Below are positions 26,090-37,062 of a DNA stretch of 64,000 bases, one piece after another. The notes below the pieces were generated by a model. The model searched no databases and was not told the DNA's origin. It saw only the letters and a program-made list of their open reading frames with translations. Position numbers and translations under genes: made by a program. The stretch's first letter is position 1; every line of letters begins with the position of its first letter. The DNA is from Heterodontus francisci. Taxonomy: Eukaryota. Where the stretch lies: NCBI RefSeq assembly GCF_036365525.1, contig NC_090404.1, positions 4,216,001 through 4,280,000 of the forward strand, written 5' to 3'.

Positions 26090-26720
26090 CATAAGAATAA
26101 GAGTGGGCTATTCATCCCCTCGAGCACGTTCCGCCATTCAATTGCACGATGGCTGAATTGTATCTTAATTCTGTTTACCCATATATAACCCTTAATACCC
26201 TTACCTGTCAGAAATCTATCACTCACAACATTAAAATTTTCAATGGATGTCAAGCTTCTAAAGTGAATTGGGGGTGAGAATTCCAGATTACCGCTATCTA
26301 CTGTGTGAATACTCCCTTCCTGATATCATTCCTGAATGACCATGGTCTAATCTGAAGGTTATGCCCCCTTGTTCTGAAGTTCCTCACCAGAGGAAATATT
26401 TTTCTCCATTGACTCCATCAATTCCAGTAAACATCTTAACCACCTCAATTAGATCACCCTTTAATCTTCTATACTCAAAGCAATACCAGTTTGGCCTGTG
26501 AAACCTGTCCTCATAACTTAACCCGATCAGCCCCGTTATCATTATGGTCAATTCTTGTTGCACCACTCCCAAGGCCAATACATTCTTCCTGTGCTCTGCA
26601 GTCCAGAATTGAACACAGTTTTCTAAAGAGGGTAGATGCTCTTTCTGGCACCTGATTCCGAGGCCGTTACCAAGAAAGGGTTCCAGATGCCGATTGCTGC
26701 TCCGTGTATGATTAGCCCAT
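26090..26720 (-). mobile_element. CR1 LINE 3' fragment in the CH2-CH3 intron
   Basis: LENCVQFW...RRLKGDLIEVVKM. Confidence 0.8.
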
Positions 26721-26986
26721 TCAGGATAAAGCTGATATACAGGCCACCTCACTCACTATATAACATCACAGTAGAGCTAAACATTCTTTCATGATGTGAT
26801 GACATGTTGAACCGTGAGCAATCCTAATTTCTAATTTCTAAATCCTAAACTCACAGCCAAATAACACATAAAAACTGCACGATGGCGATTTAGAAATTGT
26901 TCTTTGTACAAACTCCAATAAATTCCTGACTTTCAGTAACATGGAGTACAGAAAGATGTGGAGTTTCCTGGGACTGTGCCTCTTAC

Positions 26987-27304
26987 CTGGAGATCCGGTG
27001 ATGTTTCGGCTTTGGGTGACCGCTTGATGGGAGACCTGGCAGGTATAGACCGTGTTGGTGAACCATTCCCGAGCGGGGACTGTCAGCCGACTGGTCGCTG
27101 AGAAGTTCCCGTTCGTTTCACAGGCGGGAGAGGTGACGAAGCCCGATTCCATGGGATGTCCATCCTTCAACCAACTCACGGTTATTGCTTCTGGATGGAA
27201 ATCGATGATTGAACACACGACAGTCGCAAATCTGCTGCTTCTGATTTCTTCACTGGAAGTCTGGGTGAGGATAACAGTTGGATGGACGATGTCACCTTTA
27301 CAAT
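26987..27304 (-). CDS. IGHM: IgM CH2 exon
   Basis: [14 protein letters not shown]...[21 protein letters not shown]...[20 protein letters not shown]; canonical splice sites. Confidence 0.96.
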
Positions 27305-27516
27305 CTTCAAGAAAAAACATGTTAGACATTTCTAGAAGAAATTAATAACTAATACAAACTGTTCTTATATTTTAACAGGTTATTTGCATCAAGCAGGCAC
27401 TAACTGATGTTTCCAGCGGTCTGAACTGTGCACAACACTCGAAATGTGGAATAGCCAAAGTTCTACACAAGATCCGTCGAGCTTTTCTGTTTTTCCACAG
27501 TTTCCACAACACTAAC

Positions 27517-27813
27517 CTGGAATTTCCTTGATCCAGAGCGACTCTCCGCGTCGAACCTCGCAGTAGATTTTGCTGCTTCCCACCTCTGACTCGGTGATGG
27601 TTAACTGGCTGCTCAGGGTGTAGGTTCCCTTCTTGTTCAGCACTGACGGGTAAGTCTTCAAACCAGTGGTGATCGGTTCTTCACCTTTCTTCCAGGAAAC
27701 GCTGGTGATTTGGGGGATGTAGTCCATCGCCAAACAGCCGTAGGCCATGGAGCCGTCGGTGTTGGGTTGTTCACAGGAGCACAGGCCGTAAAGGGTTGGG
27801 GGAGACGGTGTCG
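27517..27813 (-). CDS. IGHM: IgM CH1 exon
   Basis: [42 protein letters not shown]...[17 protein letters not shown]; closely resembles shark mu CH1. Confidence 0.96.
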
Positions 27814-29499
27814 CTAGGAAAGAATGGCAAATTGAACAAGTTAGACTGTGATTCATGCTTATTAAATAACCAGACATCTCGCAATTCGATTCCAGCTGGA
27901 AACTGATTCCAACATTTTCCGATTAAAACCTTCATCCGCATTTGAGCTGCGATCAGTTACATCATTTGGTGATCATCACCTGTGGGTCCCCTGGTCAGGA
28001 ACACACCTCTCTTTCAGGACCTGTCACATTACAAAAGTAAGAGCCTTTTGAAGTTATCTCAATAAGGTATTTTTCATTGGATTAAACTGAAAGAGGAGTT
28101 TCCCCGCTTTGTTCGGCCAATATTTATTTCTAAATCAACAACACTTGGTCAAAAAACATGCGGCATTTAATTTTTGGAAATTTCTTCTCTGCAAATTGAC
28201 TTCTGGGTTTCGCCGCACCTCCACCTCCTCCCAGCACCCCTCCCCACCACCAGCAGACCACCCCGCCCCCCCAACAACCACTCCCCCTCCAAAAAAATAG
28301 CAACTACTCCTAAAAAGTGCCATTGGAATGCGTGCTTATGAAATGAACGTAATACTGTAAACTTGAATACCAGGCAAATTCATTCCATTATTTTCCCATA
28401 AAAACCTACAAAACATCCGAACATGCTTATGACCCAGGGTGATAAATTCATAGACATGATAGCTGAGAAGAAGGCCATTCGGTCCATCAGGCCTGTGAAA
28501 GATGACCTTCCAATTTGTAATCTTTTCAAAATTTCATTTTATCCAGCTATTTTAGATTCTATTTACAGCCCTCTTTCTGATTGGACATTCCAGATCCTAA
28601 CAACCCCCTGTGTAGAAAAGTAGATTCATACCCTCTTCCTTCATTCTTTTGACGCTGATTTTAAATCAGTGCCCTCTACAGACCAACTCACTGATCTGGG
28701 CAAATTGGTATCTGAATTTCTGTATAAAATATTCATTATTCAAAACACCACTACCAGACTTCATTTTAATCTTCTATGTTCCCATAATAATGAAGAACTT
28801 TTACAATAAATAGTTGAAGTCTACTTTAAAATATGGACTGAATCATTTAGTACACAGATTTCAGAGGGGAATTTTTACACAGCCTAGTTTCTGGAATTAA
28901 AGTTTTTAATGACTCGGCAATTACTCTAAGCTATCACTTTCCTTTTCAGTACTTGAAGATTGTGACTTCTGTTCTATATTATTCGACTGAATGGATTCTC
29001 TGGAGTTTGCTTCTCCCTCCAACTCAAATAATAAACCGAATTAAATCCGATTCCTAAAAATCGGTCATTTGGACTGATGCGCTTTAAATGGTCCATTTAA
29101 CTTTCCAAAGTATCTTCCCACCCCTCACCAGTGAGAACTGGTGTTGCTGACTGTGTCGCTACAGACACATCTTCTTGCTGCTTGCACCGACCGTATTGTA
29201 AACATCAGGACAGGTTTCTTCTACAAATATCTGATATTGTCATTACTTACACATTATAAATCGAGTGAATATCAGTCGGTTCCAGGCAAGGAAGGACAAA
29301 AGTTCCTGAAGTGTTATTGCTGACATGGTCAACTCTCACTTCTGATTTGTGCGGACAATTCAAACACCTGAGGCCCATCGGTCTGATATTGGAAGCTCGC
29401 TCACCAATATGATGTGAAAGAGGATGCCGGTTATGCTGGCACAACAGTAGGACATATGGGCTTTCAAATGGCATTAGATAACATGTCAGGTAAGAGAAC

Positions 29500-30570
29500 A
29501 TTCGGAAAATGGAAGCGCATGGCTTAAAGGGGTCTCAGTAACCTGTTCAGGGATAGGAAACAGAGAGTGACGGTGAACCAATGATTTTCTGACTGGAGAG
29601 AATTAAGCATTGTGATCCCCCCTTGGGTCGGTCATAGGGTCATTATTATTTTTGTTAAATATAATGACGTGGTATTGGGTATGGGGCGTAGAATTTCGAA
29701 GGTCAAAGACGATACTAAACAAATAGTGAGCAGGATAGTATCAGAGTTCAGAAGGACATGGGCAGGTGAAATGTTCAGAGACAGAGCAAATGCAATTTAA
29801 TGCGGTTAAATGTGAAGTGCTGGACCTTTTGAGGAACATCACGGAAAGTTAATGCAATCTAAATGGTCCGATATTCAAGGGGTAGAAATGTAGAGGGACC
29901 AGAGTTGCATTTTCACAATGTTTTTTTTCAAGGTCGTTAAGAAAGCGAATGGAATACTTGGTCTTGTAAAATGGAGTACGAATTACAAAAAACCAGGAAG
30001 TCATATTAAAGTATTACTAATCACTAATTAGGCTGGAGTATTTTTGCACAATTCTGGCCGTCACACTTTCGAAAGGATGTCAAGGCATTGGGGGGAGTGC
30101 AGAGGGAGTTTACCAGACTGATGCCAGGAATGAGGGAGTTCAGTTATCTAGAGTTATGATGCGAGATAATTGTTCTCGTTAGGCGATTACCGGTTAGTTT
30201 TGTTCAAAATTATGGGATGTTTTGATATAGCAGATAAGGAAAAACTATTTCCTCTGAAAAGTGGGTCAGTAACAAAATAATTAATTGTCAAAAAAGAGCG
30301 TGGGCGGGTGGTGGCTGCGGGAACAGGTTTCTTTCCTGACAGAGGGTGCTTTTCACAGAAGCATTGAACGATTACACCACAAAAGGAGGCCATTCAGCCC
30401 GTCGTGTCTGTGCAGGTTCTCTGCAGGCGCAACCGGACATATCCTCGAAGGACATTAATTTGCGTGGCTATGAGGGAAAAACTGGCTTGTAAGATTAAAT
30501 TGGAGAGCGCTTTGAGAGCTGACACAGGCATGACGGGCTGAATGGCCAAATTCTCTGCGAGAGCTTTCTA
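29500..30570 (+). mobile_element. Old CR1 LINE fragment in the J-C intron
   Basis: ISKVKDDTK, aaatgtgaagtg, cacaattctggccgtcacactttcgaaaggatgtc and a CR1-type tail. Confidence 0.7.
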
Positions 30571-31249
30571 TCATTCGACCCGACTCAGTAGGATGAGTTA
30601 TCCCCAATTTAATGGGATGAAAAGCTTCATAAATTTGAACATCACTGTGACATATATTTTGTTGCTTTTTATAATGAAAGAGGGTTTTTAAAATAAGAGG
30701 TTCTGAGCGATTTTATTCAAATTAGTCAATCAGATACTGTCAGAGACTTAAAGCATATTGTGATTGACATTGATTGCAAGCGAATTGTATCACTTCAAAA
30801 ATTTCAAAAGAGCTTACTTCAGTGGCTGTGTGCCCTCTGCTGTGACACAATCCAATAATTGCCTCTCACCAGAGTTTATCACTGACTGTCACCTTTTGAA
30901 AATACTTGAACTAAATAATGATTTCAAACATGAGAATATCATGATGGTTATTCGGAGCGGAAGTCTCGACTATCTCCACTTAAAGCGCCAAAATAACTTC
31001 CAGTCTCCCATCAGATCAGAACAGGCGTTGGTCTCTGGAGCGTTACAATCACTTCCTGAAACTGTTTGTTCTGAAAGTGCACTCAAAATCAGGCCAATCG
31101 CATTCAATAATTATCTGAAACTTAATATATTTAAATATTATTAATTCATTAAAATTTGGCCAAGAATTATTATTAAAATCAATTCATGTGCGTTGTTTCA
31201 TCTGGACAAATGAATAATTTATATTCATATATCTGGGTCGAGAACTCAC

Positions 31250-31700
31250 AGCTTATGAGTTAGATGCAGATTGAGATTCCTTGAACACTGTGGGGAAAAC
31301 ATTCTCAGATCAGGTACAGGACAGTTAAGCTGCAAAGTAAAGATCCCTCTACACGGCCCTATCATGAGTTGTAATCTCAGACATTGCCAGTGTTATATTC
31401 CGTAGAAAGCTGCCTCTACACTGCACTGTCACTCTGGGTCAGGTACAGCATCAGTTTAATATAAAATAAAAATTCCCTCTACGCTGTCCCATCAAATATA
31501 TCCAGGACAGGTTCAATCCGATTTAGATACTGAGTAATTCCTCCCTCTACGCTGTCCCCAACAAGTAGTCCCAGAACAGTTACAATATAGATTAAACATA
31601 CAGTAAAACTTCCTCTACATTGCCGAATCAATCACTCCCAAGGGAGGTACATTACTGATTACAAACGGACCAAATCTCCTTCTACAGTCCGTCTGTTGTG
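31250..31700 (+). repeat. Degenerate ~65-bp tandem repeat in the J-C intron
   Basis: About 6-7 units of ccctctacactgtcccatcaa..tccca..caggtacag...ttagat. Confidence 0.7.
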
Positions 31701-34700
31701 TCTCTGAACTGTTATTTCTGACTGCCACAGACTGGAATTATGATCTCATTGCTGAGGCGCCTCATCAAACTTAAAGTCAAACTTTTAGGTTTCTCGGGGG
31801 TACAAGTTTCTTAATTAAATGGATCAAGTTGCACTCCTTGAAATGAAACGAACCAGTCTGTTTGCAACCTGCAGGGAGGATTCCTCGTCCTGACACAGTG
31901 AGCAGGCGCACAGAAACAGAACAGACACAAACGGTGCAACAATCGGGCTCTCAGCAGTTAGATCTGTTCAATTGTCAATTTCAATGAAGCTGTTTTATTC
32001 TAATTCATCAATTGTCAAATTGTGACCACTCCAGGTCTGTATACTCTTTGAAATTAAACTGATATTCATTTCAAAAACTCCCTTCGACCTCCAACTGTTT
32101 CTCCCTGTCTGTTTACAATCTGAAAAGCATGTAAGAAAGTTTCGCTTAAAATGAGTACATCAGAAGAATACACATTCAGGAAAATTAGATGTCCATAACC
32201 TGAACTCAGTGACAGAGTAAGAATTTAGCAAATCAGGAGATATTTATCTTGCAAACTGATTACCCACTGGTTTGATACAATTGCAGAATTCAATTTTACA
32301 AAAAGAAATAGTTGAACCACTGCTCAAAGTTAATTCATTAAAATCTGCGGTGACACTTGACTGAGCTGAGAACAGCTGACTAAGAAATGTATTGTTCTCT
32401 AAGTTATTGCCAGACATAATGAAATAATCTCTCCGATTCTTGAGATTTTGCACTCATTGGAATCCTGGCAAGTATACTATTGAATTGTGTGAGGCCATTT
32501 ATGTTTAATGAATTAGCACTATTATATTCTCATATAATATTCATGTTAGCTGATTTTATACTGTATTTATCATTTATAAATAAATGCAAATAAATAAATT
32601 AGTTAATATTACTTCAAGACCAGTTTCTGCCTGGCACCTTGTGAAATAATGGAGTTTTAATTAAGTCATTATGACACTTTATCAATATTAAATAATCAAC
32701 GTCATATTAATAGATGAAAACCTTCAGACAAATATATTACTTCATGCTGAAATCGAATCACAGTGCAATAATATAAAATGAACAATAACTTCTAGTCCCG
32801 CCATGCTTTCTCTCCACAAACTTGTAAACTGCGCAGGTATCTGAATGCGTTGATATATTATAAGCTCCTTCCATTCTCAACGAGTACTTCACACAATGGA
32901 TTTAGCCTGGCCCGGGTCACATGTCACTAACTGGGCTGCAACATAGCCTGTTTGTGAAAGCAGCTCTCCCGTGTTTAAATATCGTTATAAATCTTAACTA
33001 TATGTGATAAAATATCAAAAACATCCGGGCAATTTGCGATCAGTAACTGTGCTGCCACTATTTAATCACACGATGTTTTTAGATTTTACTCCCGTAATTC
33101 ACAAATTAATTGCTAAATATATTGTGATTTTTATTGAACGAAGTTCCAAAATGATCACTGCAAAACTGGACGTAAACAATTCTTTCAGATCATCTGTGAC
33201 ATTGAAACCTAATGAGCAAATGTAGCCGAGATTTGGCGGATCAATTTAATATTTATTAAGAATTCAGCATAACTCTCAGGTATAATCTGTTCTTTGTCTA
33301 TCATTCCATCCTGCGTGCAGCACAACTATGGGAGACAGGATGTTGTTACTGAATTCAAAACTAACATTAAACTTTTGTAATTAATTGAATCTGCTTGAAT
33401 TTCCAGGTGTTATTTGTTTGTCTTTAGCATTACGCAGTCTGCAAGTTTCTTCAATTTAAATAAAATCATATGCACAATTCTTTGACTGCCATTGACCTCT
33501 TGTCCCAGGAAAATGGTTAATATTAGATTAGTGATAATTATCTCACTATCCAACAACAAATGACATTGAAGAAAGAACATGGAAGAACATGAACTCAAAG
33601 AATGCAATAACCGGACAGATATATTACACTGACAAACTGCAATTTACAACGCCTATTTAAGTTGTAAGTAAATACAAGCTGACATTCACCTGTTTTAATC
33701 AGGAATATCACAATTAATTTAAAAGCGCTCATTAACCTGAAAACAGCACTGGAATAAGTACACTCTTATTGAAATAATTTCAAGCATAATTAAAAATAGT
33801 CTCCAGCCATAAAGCTTTCCGGTCACGACAATTGTGCGCTTGGCACACCAGAACTGTAAAAGACGATTCTTGAATAATGAATCCATCATAACATGAAAGC
33901 GTATTTGGTTTATATGAGGACATATTGCCGCATTTTAATTGTTTGAATTGTATTAATTTTACTCTCCAATCTGCAAACCTGCTACTTATTCAGTTTGTAA
34001 TTGCAGTAACATTTCACGGATTGAAGGAGCGTTACAAACCATGGCTTAACAGTTCAATCTGCAATTATCATTCAAATTTTTTTAAATGCCTTGAAATATC
34101 TTTTTTTTTATTTCTGAAATCTGCCTGTTATCCGGCTTTCGAATCGTCTTTGAAGCAGTTTCAAACAAACAGAATGTATCCATTTGATCGGAAAACCTGC
34201 AGCCGCTCGGTGTCACCCGGGTTCAATAAAGCAGAAACGCCAAATAGTTTTACAAATTTTACTTTGTAACACAGAGACACACTCTCCTCAGCAGATAAGC
34301 TCCAACTCACATCACTGAGGGGCTGAATCCCGCCTCAGTACGTTTCAAGGCGAAGCAGCTTAACTCCACAATCACTTTCAGCAGAATCAAATGTAACATC
34401 CCAAAAATAACATCTCAATACAGAATCCACCGAGCCTGCCTGTCTCTGAATTACCAAATATATAAAATAATGGCAGCAGATTTGTGAGTACAGAGAGCAT
34501 GTTTAATAAATTAATATTGATTCTGTAGCATATTTCATTGATATTGCCTGATATCACTGCATTATTAAAAGTGAGGTTATATTAATGTAAATCTGGCCAA
34601 AGCTGCAAATTTGTTATTGATGTAATTCTTAATTACATCAAAATTTATTGTATTACATATGAGCATTCGTAAGCAGTAGATTGATAGATAGCAATTTAAT

Positions 34701-35155
34701 TACCACTGCTCAAAATAGATCAAAATATCAGAAGGCTATTTTTGACCACTGAAGCTTTCTGCATAATTTTATTTCAAACATATTTAAAGACTTATTGTTT
34801 CTATTAGATCAGAAAACCTGCAGCAACTAGATGTCACCCAGATTAAACATTGCAGAAACGTCAAACGGTTTAACAACAGTTTGGTATTTAAAGTAGCCCA
34901 AACACTCAGTCCCATCAACAAATAAACACCAAATCACATCAATCTGGAGCTGAATCCTTCAACAGTACCGTGTGTAAAGAAACCATTAAGTTCTTTAATC
35001 CCTTTGCAGCAGAATCACATAAAACATTGCAACAAATCTCAATATAGAATCCACCAAATCCACTTTTCAGTGAACGACTGTATCATTACAATAAACAGAA
35101 ATATAAAATTAAAAACACAAATAAAACAGTTAATGAATAAATGTATGTTTCTTAC

Positions 35156-35203
35156 CTGCAGTCACCGTCACCATGGTCCCTTGTCCCCAGTACTCAAGAT
35201 AGT
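35156..35203 (-). CDS. IGHJ: JH segment
   Basis: YLEYWGQGTMVTVTA with WGxG motif and gtaag donor at 35155. Confidence 0.95.
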
Positions 35204-35205
35204 CC

Positions 35206-35220
35206 GGTATGGCAGTGGGT
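35206..35220 (+). other. D1 segment (ggtatggcagtgggt), inverted relative to V/J/C and fused to JH
   Basis: G-rich D-like 15-mer on the + strand followed by a 22-spacer RSS; abuts JH through cc (35204-35205), palindromic to its gg end. Confidence 0.8.
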
Positions 35221-35258
35221 CACGGTGCTGTACAGAGCGAGTTCTTCATCCAAAAACC
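35221..35258 (+). other. 22-bp-spacer RSS (D1 3' type)
   Basis: cacggtg + 22 nt + ccaaaaacc. Confidence 0.9.
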
Positions 35259-35569
35259 TCAGACAGGGAGTTTGCTCAAACCAGCGATCACTAACACGGC
35301 AGATGGTCCTTAAACAATGAGGGTTAAATATAAAATTGGGGAAATACAATATTGATTTGTAAAATTGTATAAAAGTCTCCTGCTTTATTCATGTTGACTG
35401 TCACGCTAAATCAGCACAGATGATTCAGAAATATTGCGATCCCTTTATAAATATAATGACTGGTATAAACTGAATTATCTCACTGATGTACTCTTAGGGT
35501 GATTGGAATCATGTTTTTGAGAGCGCTGTGAAATGTAATCTCTGTATTTTACAGTTAACAGTCCGCCGC

Positions 35570-35638
35570 AGTATTTGACACGGTATGTCTCACTGTGATA
35601 TATTGGGTGGCACAGCAGTTACTGTCAATACAAAAACT
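35570..35638 (+). other. D2 segment (35598-35610, atatattgggtgg) flanked by 12/12 RSSs
   Basis: agtatttga-12-cactgtg | atatattgggtgg | cacagca-12-acaaaaact. Confidence 0.93.
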
Positions 35639-35964
35639 CCCTCAGCACTAATTGATGAGTCTGGGTCAGTGCTCGCTTTAACAATCCAACTATATATACA
35701 GTGAAGTTCTATTTGTGTCCAGCACTGTCCTCCTAGCACGGTTTATTATGGATAAACGGATTAATTATTCATTCATCAGTTGGTGATTTCAATAATTGCT
35801 GATATGTTACTGTGTGAAATATAAATCATCAGGGAAATTTATAAAGAGTGAAAAGAATTATTAATGCAGTTATAATTTTACAAAGAACCATCAAGATTTT
35901 ATTTTGCCTCTGGAGTGTGGATATTTAAAATAATAATGGATTTCTCACTATTCTGTGCAGAGCC

Positions 35965-36031
35965 AGTTATTGTGTGACCCAGCCAAGGGAATGTAACACT
36001 GTGCACAGTGACACTAACCTGCACAAATACT
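35965..36031. other. Precise RSS signal joint: 23-RSS fused head-to-head to 12-RSS
   Basis: agttattgt-23-CACTGTG|CACAGTG-12-acaaatact with zero intervening bases (GTGCAC at 36001-36006). Confidence 0.95.
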
Positions 36032-36421
36032 GCACTCACTCTCTGTTCAGTACTGCCTCCCAATATTCACTTCAAATAAAAATTCACTTCTGATCTAATT
36101 CAGAATATATCCAAAAGTTTACACCATGCAGTAGGAATTGAACCCAGCTCCAAGTAACACCCTCCAGATATCAGTCACATTAAAACTAGCATCTTATCCA
36201 GATTTGCAATTGCTGATACTATTAACATTAAAAATCAGCACAGCCAAAATTAGTCGTCAGTACTTCGGTTAGTGTCTTAGATTTGTACCATTGAATTTTC
36301 ACTGTGCTACTTGTGTGAGAGACGGTCTATGGCCTGGTTCTGAACACTGCCGTTAATATTGTATTTAATAAAATTACTGACCATCAGTTTATGATGGAAG
36401 TTATCGAATTCTCTCTCCATA

Positions 36422-36460
36422 TGTTCTTGTACATGTCCAGCCCTGGTTCCTCTCATTGTG
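36422..36460 (-). other. VH 23-RSS
   Basis: Minus strand cacaatg + 23 nt + acaagaaca. Confidence 0.93.
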
Positions 36461-36765
36461 ATCTCTTGCACAGTAATAGATGGCGGTGTCTTCAGTCTTC
36501 AAGCTCTTCATGTCCAAAGCAAAAATGTTTTTGGAAGTGTCTTTGGACGCAGTAAATCGATCTTTAATCCCTGGGGCGTAGTAGTTGCTGGATGAACTAT
36601 AGTAGTGAACCAGCCACTCCAGCCCCTGTCCGGGAACCTGCCGGACCAAGCTCATCCAGTAGCTGCCAAGAGTGAACCCGCTGGTTTCACAGGTCAGTCT
36701 CAGGGAGCCTCCGGGTTTCCCGGTCTCTGCCTCTGGCTGAGTCAACACGATATCCGAATGGACAC
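36461..36765 (-). CDS. IGHV: IgM VH exon (open frame; conserved FR2 Trp replaced by Leu)
   Basis: [51 protein letters not shown]...RFTASKD...[10 protein letters not shown]. Confidence 0.96.
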
Positions 36766-36890
36766 CTGTAAAAAATATCAAAAACCCCGAGAATTAATCC
36801 TGGAGAAATGATTCCTGACTCTGTAATATTCCAGAGAGAGACTATCACTGATCCAATTAGTGAGAGACTCGGACAGTAAAAACTACTCAC

Positions 36891-36936
36891 GGTATAAGAA
36901 AACCAGCAACAGACTGAGAGAAATCGCCGACCTCAT
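36891..36936 (-). CDS. IGHV: IgM VH leader exon
   Basis: MRSAISLSLLLVFLY + c|gtgagt; 46 nt (phase 1); 125-bp intron to V. Confidence 0.93.
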
Positions 36937-37023
36937 CCTTCTGGCAATTCGGGGAAAATGGTTCTGACAAGAACTCACTGAGCAAACCGGCTCCCGCACT
37001 GTTGTATTGCAGTCCCAGTGACC

Positions 37024-37062
37024 TGTATTTAAGTACCCGGCAGAAGGGGACGAGGTTACAGG
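37024..37062 (-). promoter_or_regulatory. VH promoter: TATA-like box plus degenerate CRE-like motif
   Basis: Minus strand tacttaaata ~90 bp upstream of the ATG; tgtaacctcg just upstream; no ATGCAAAT nearby. Confidence 0.5.

Noticed and set aside
31894-31933. cacagtg + 24 nt + acacaaacg in the J-C intron, a possible extra J RSS
   Set aside because: Non-canonical spacer and no adjacent W/F-G-x-G J sequence or splice donor; likely a cryptic match
35997-36010. Alternative reading: D1 excised between its own 12- and 23-RSS, with a normal 65-nt JH
   Set aside because: Less parsimonious. It does not explain the 22-bp spacer beside JH, the G-rich D-like 15-mer and D2 both reading on the opposite strand, or the palindromic cc|gg junction. 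It is not formally excluded without paralog alignment.
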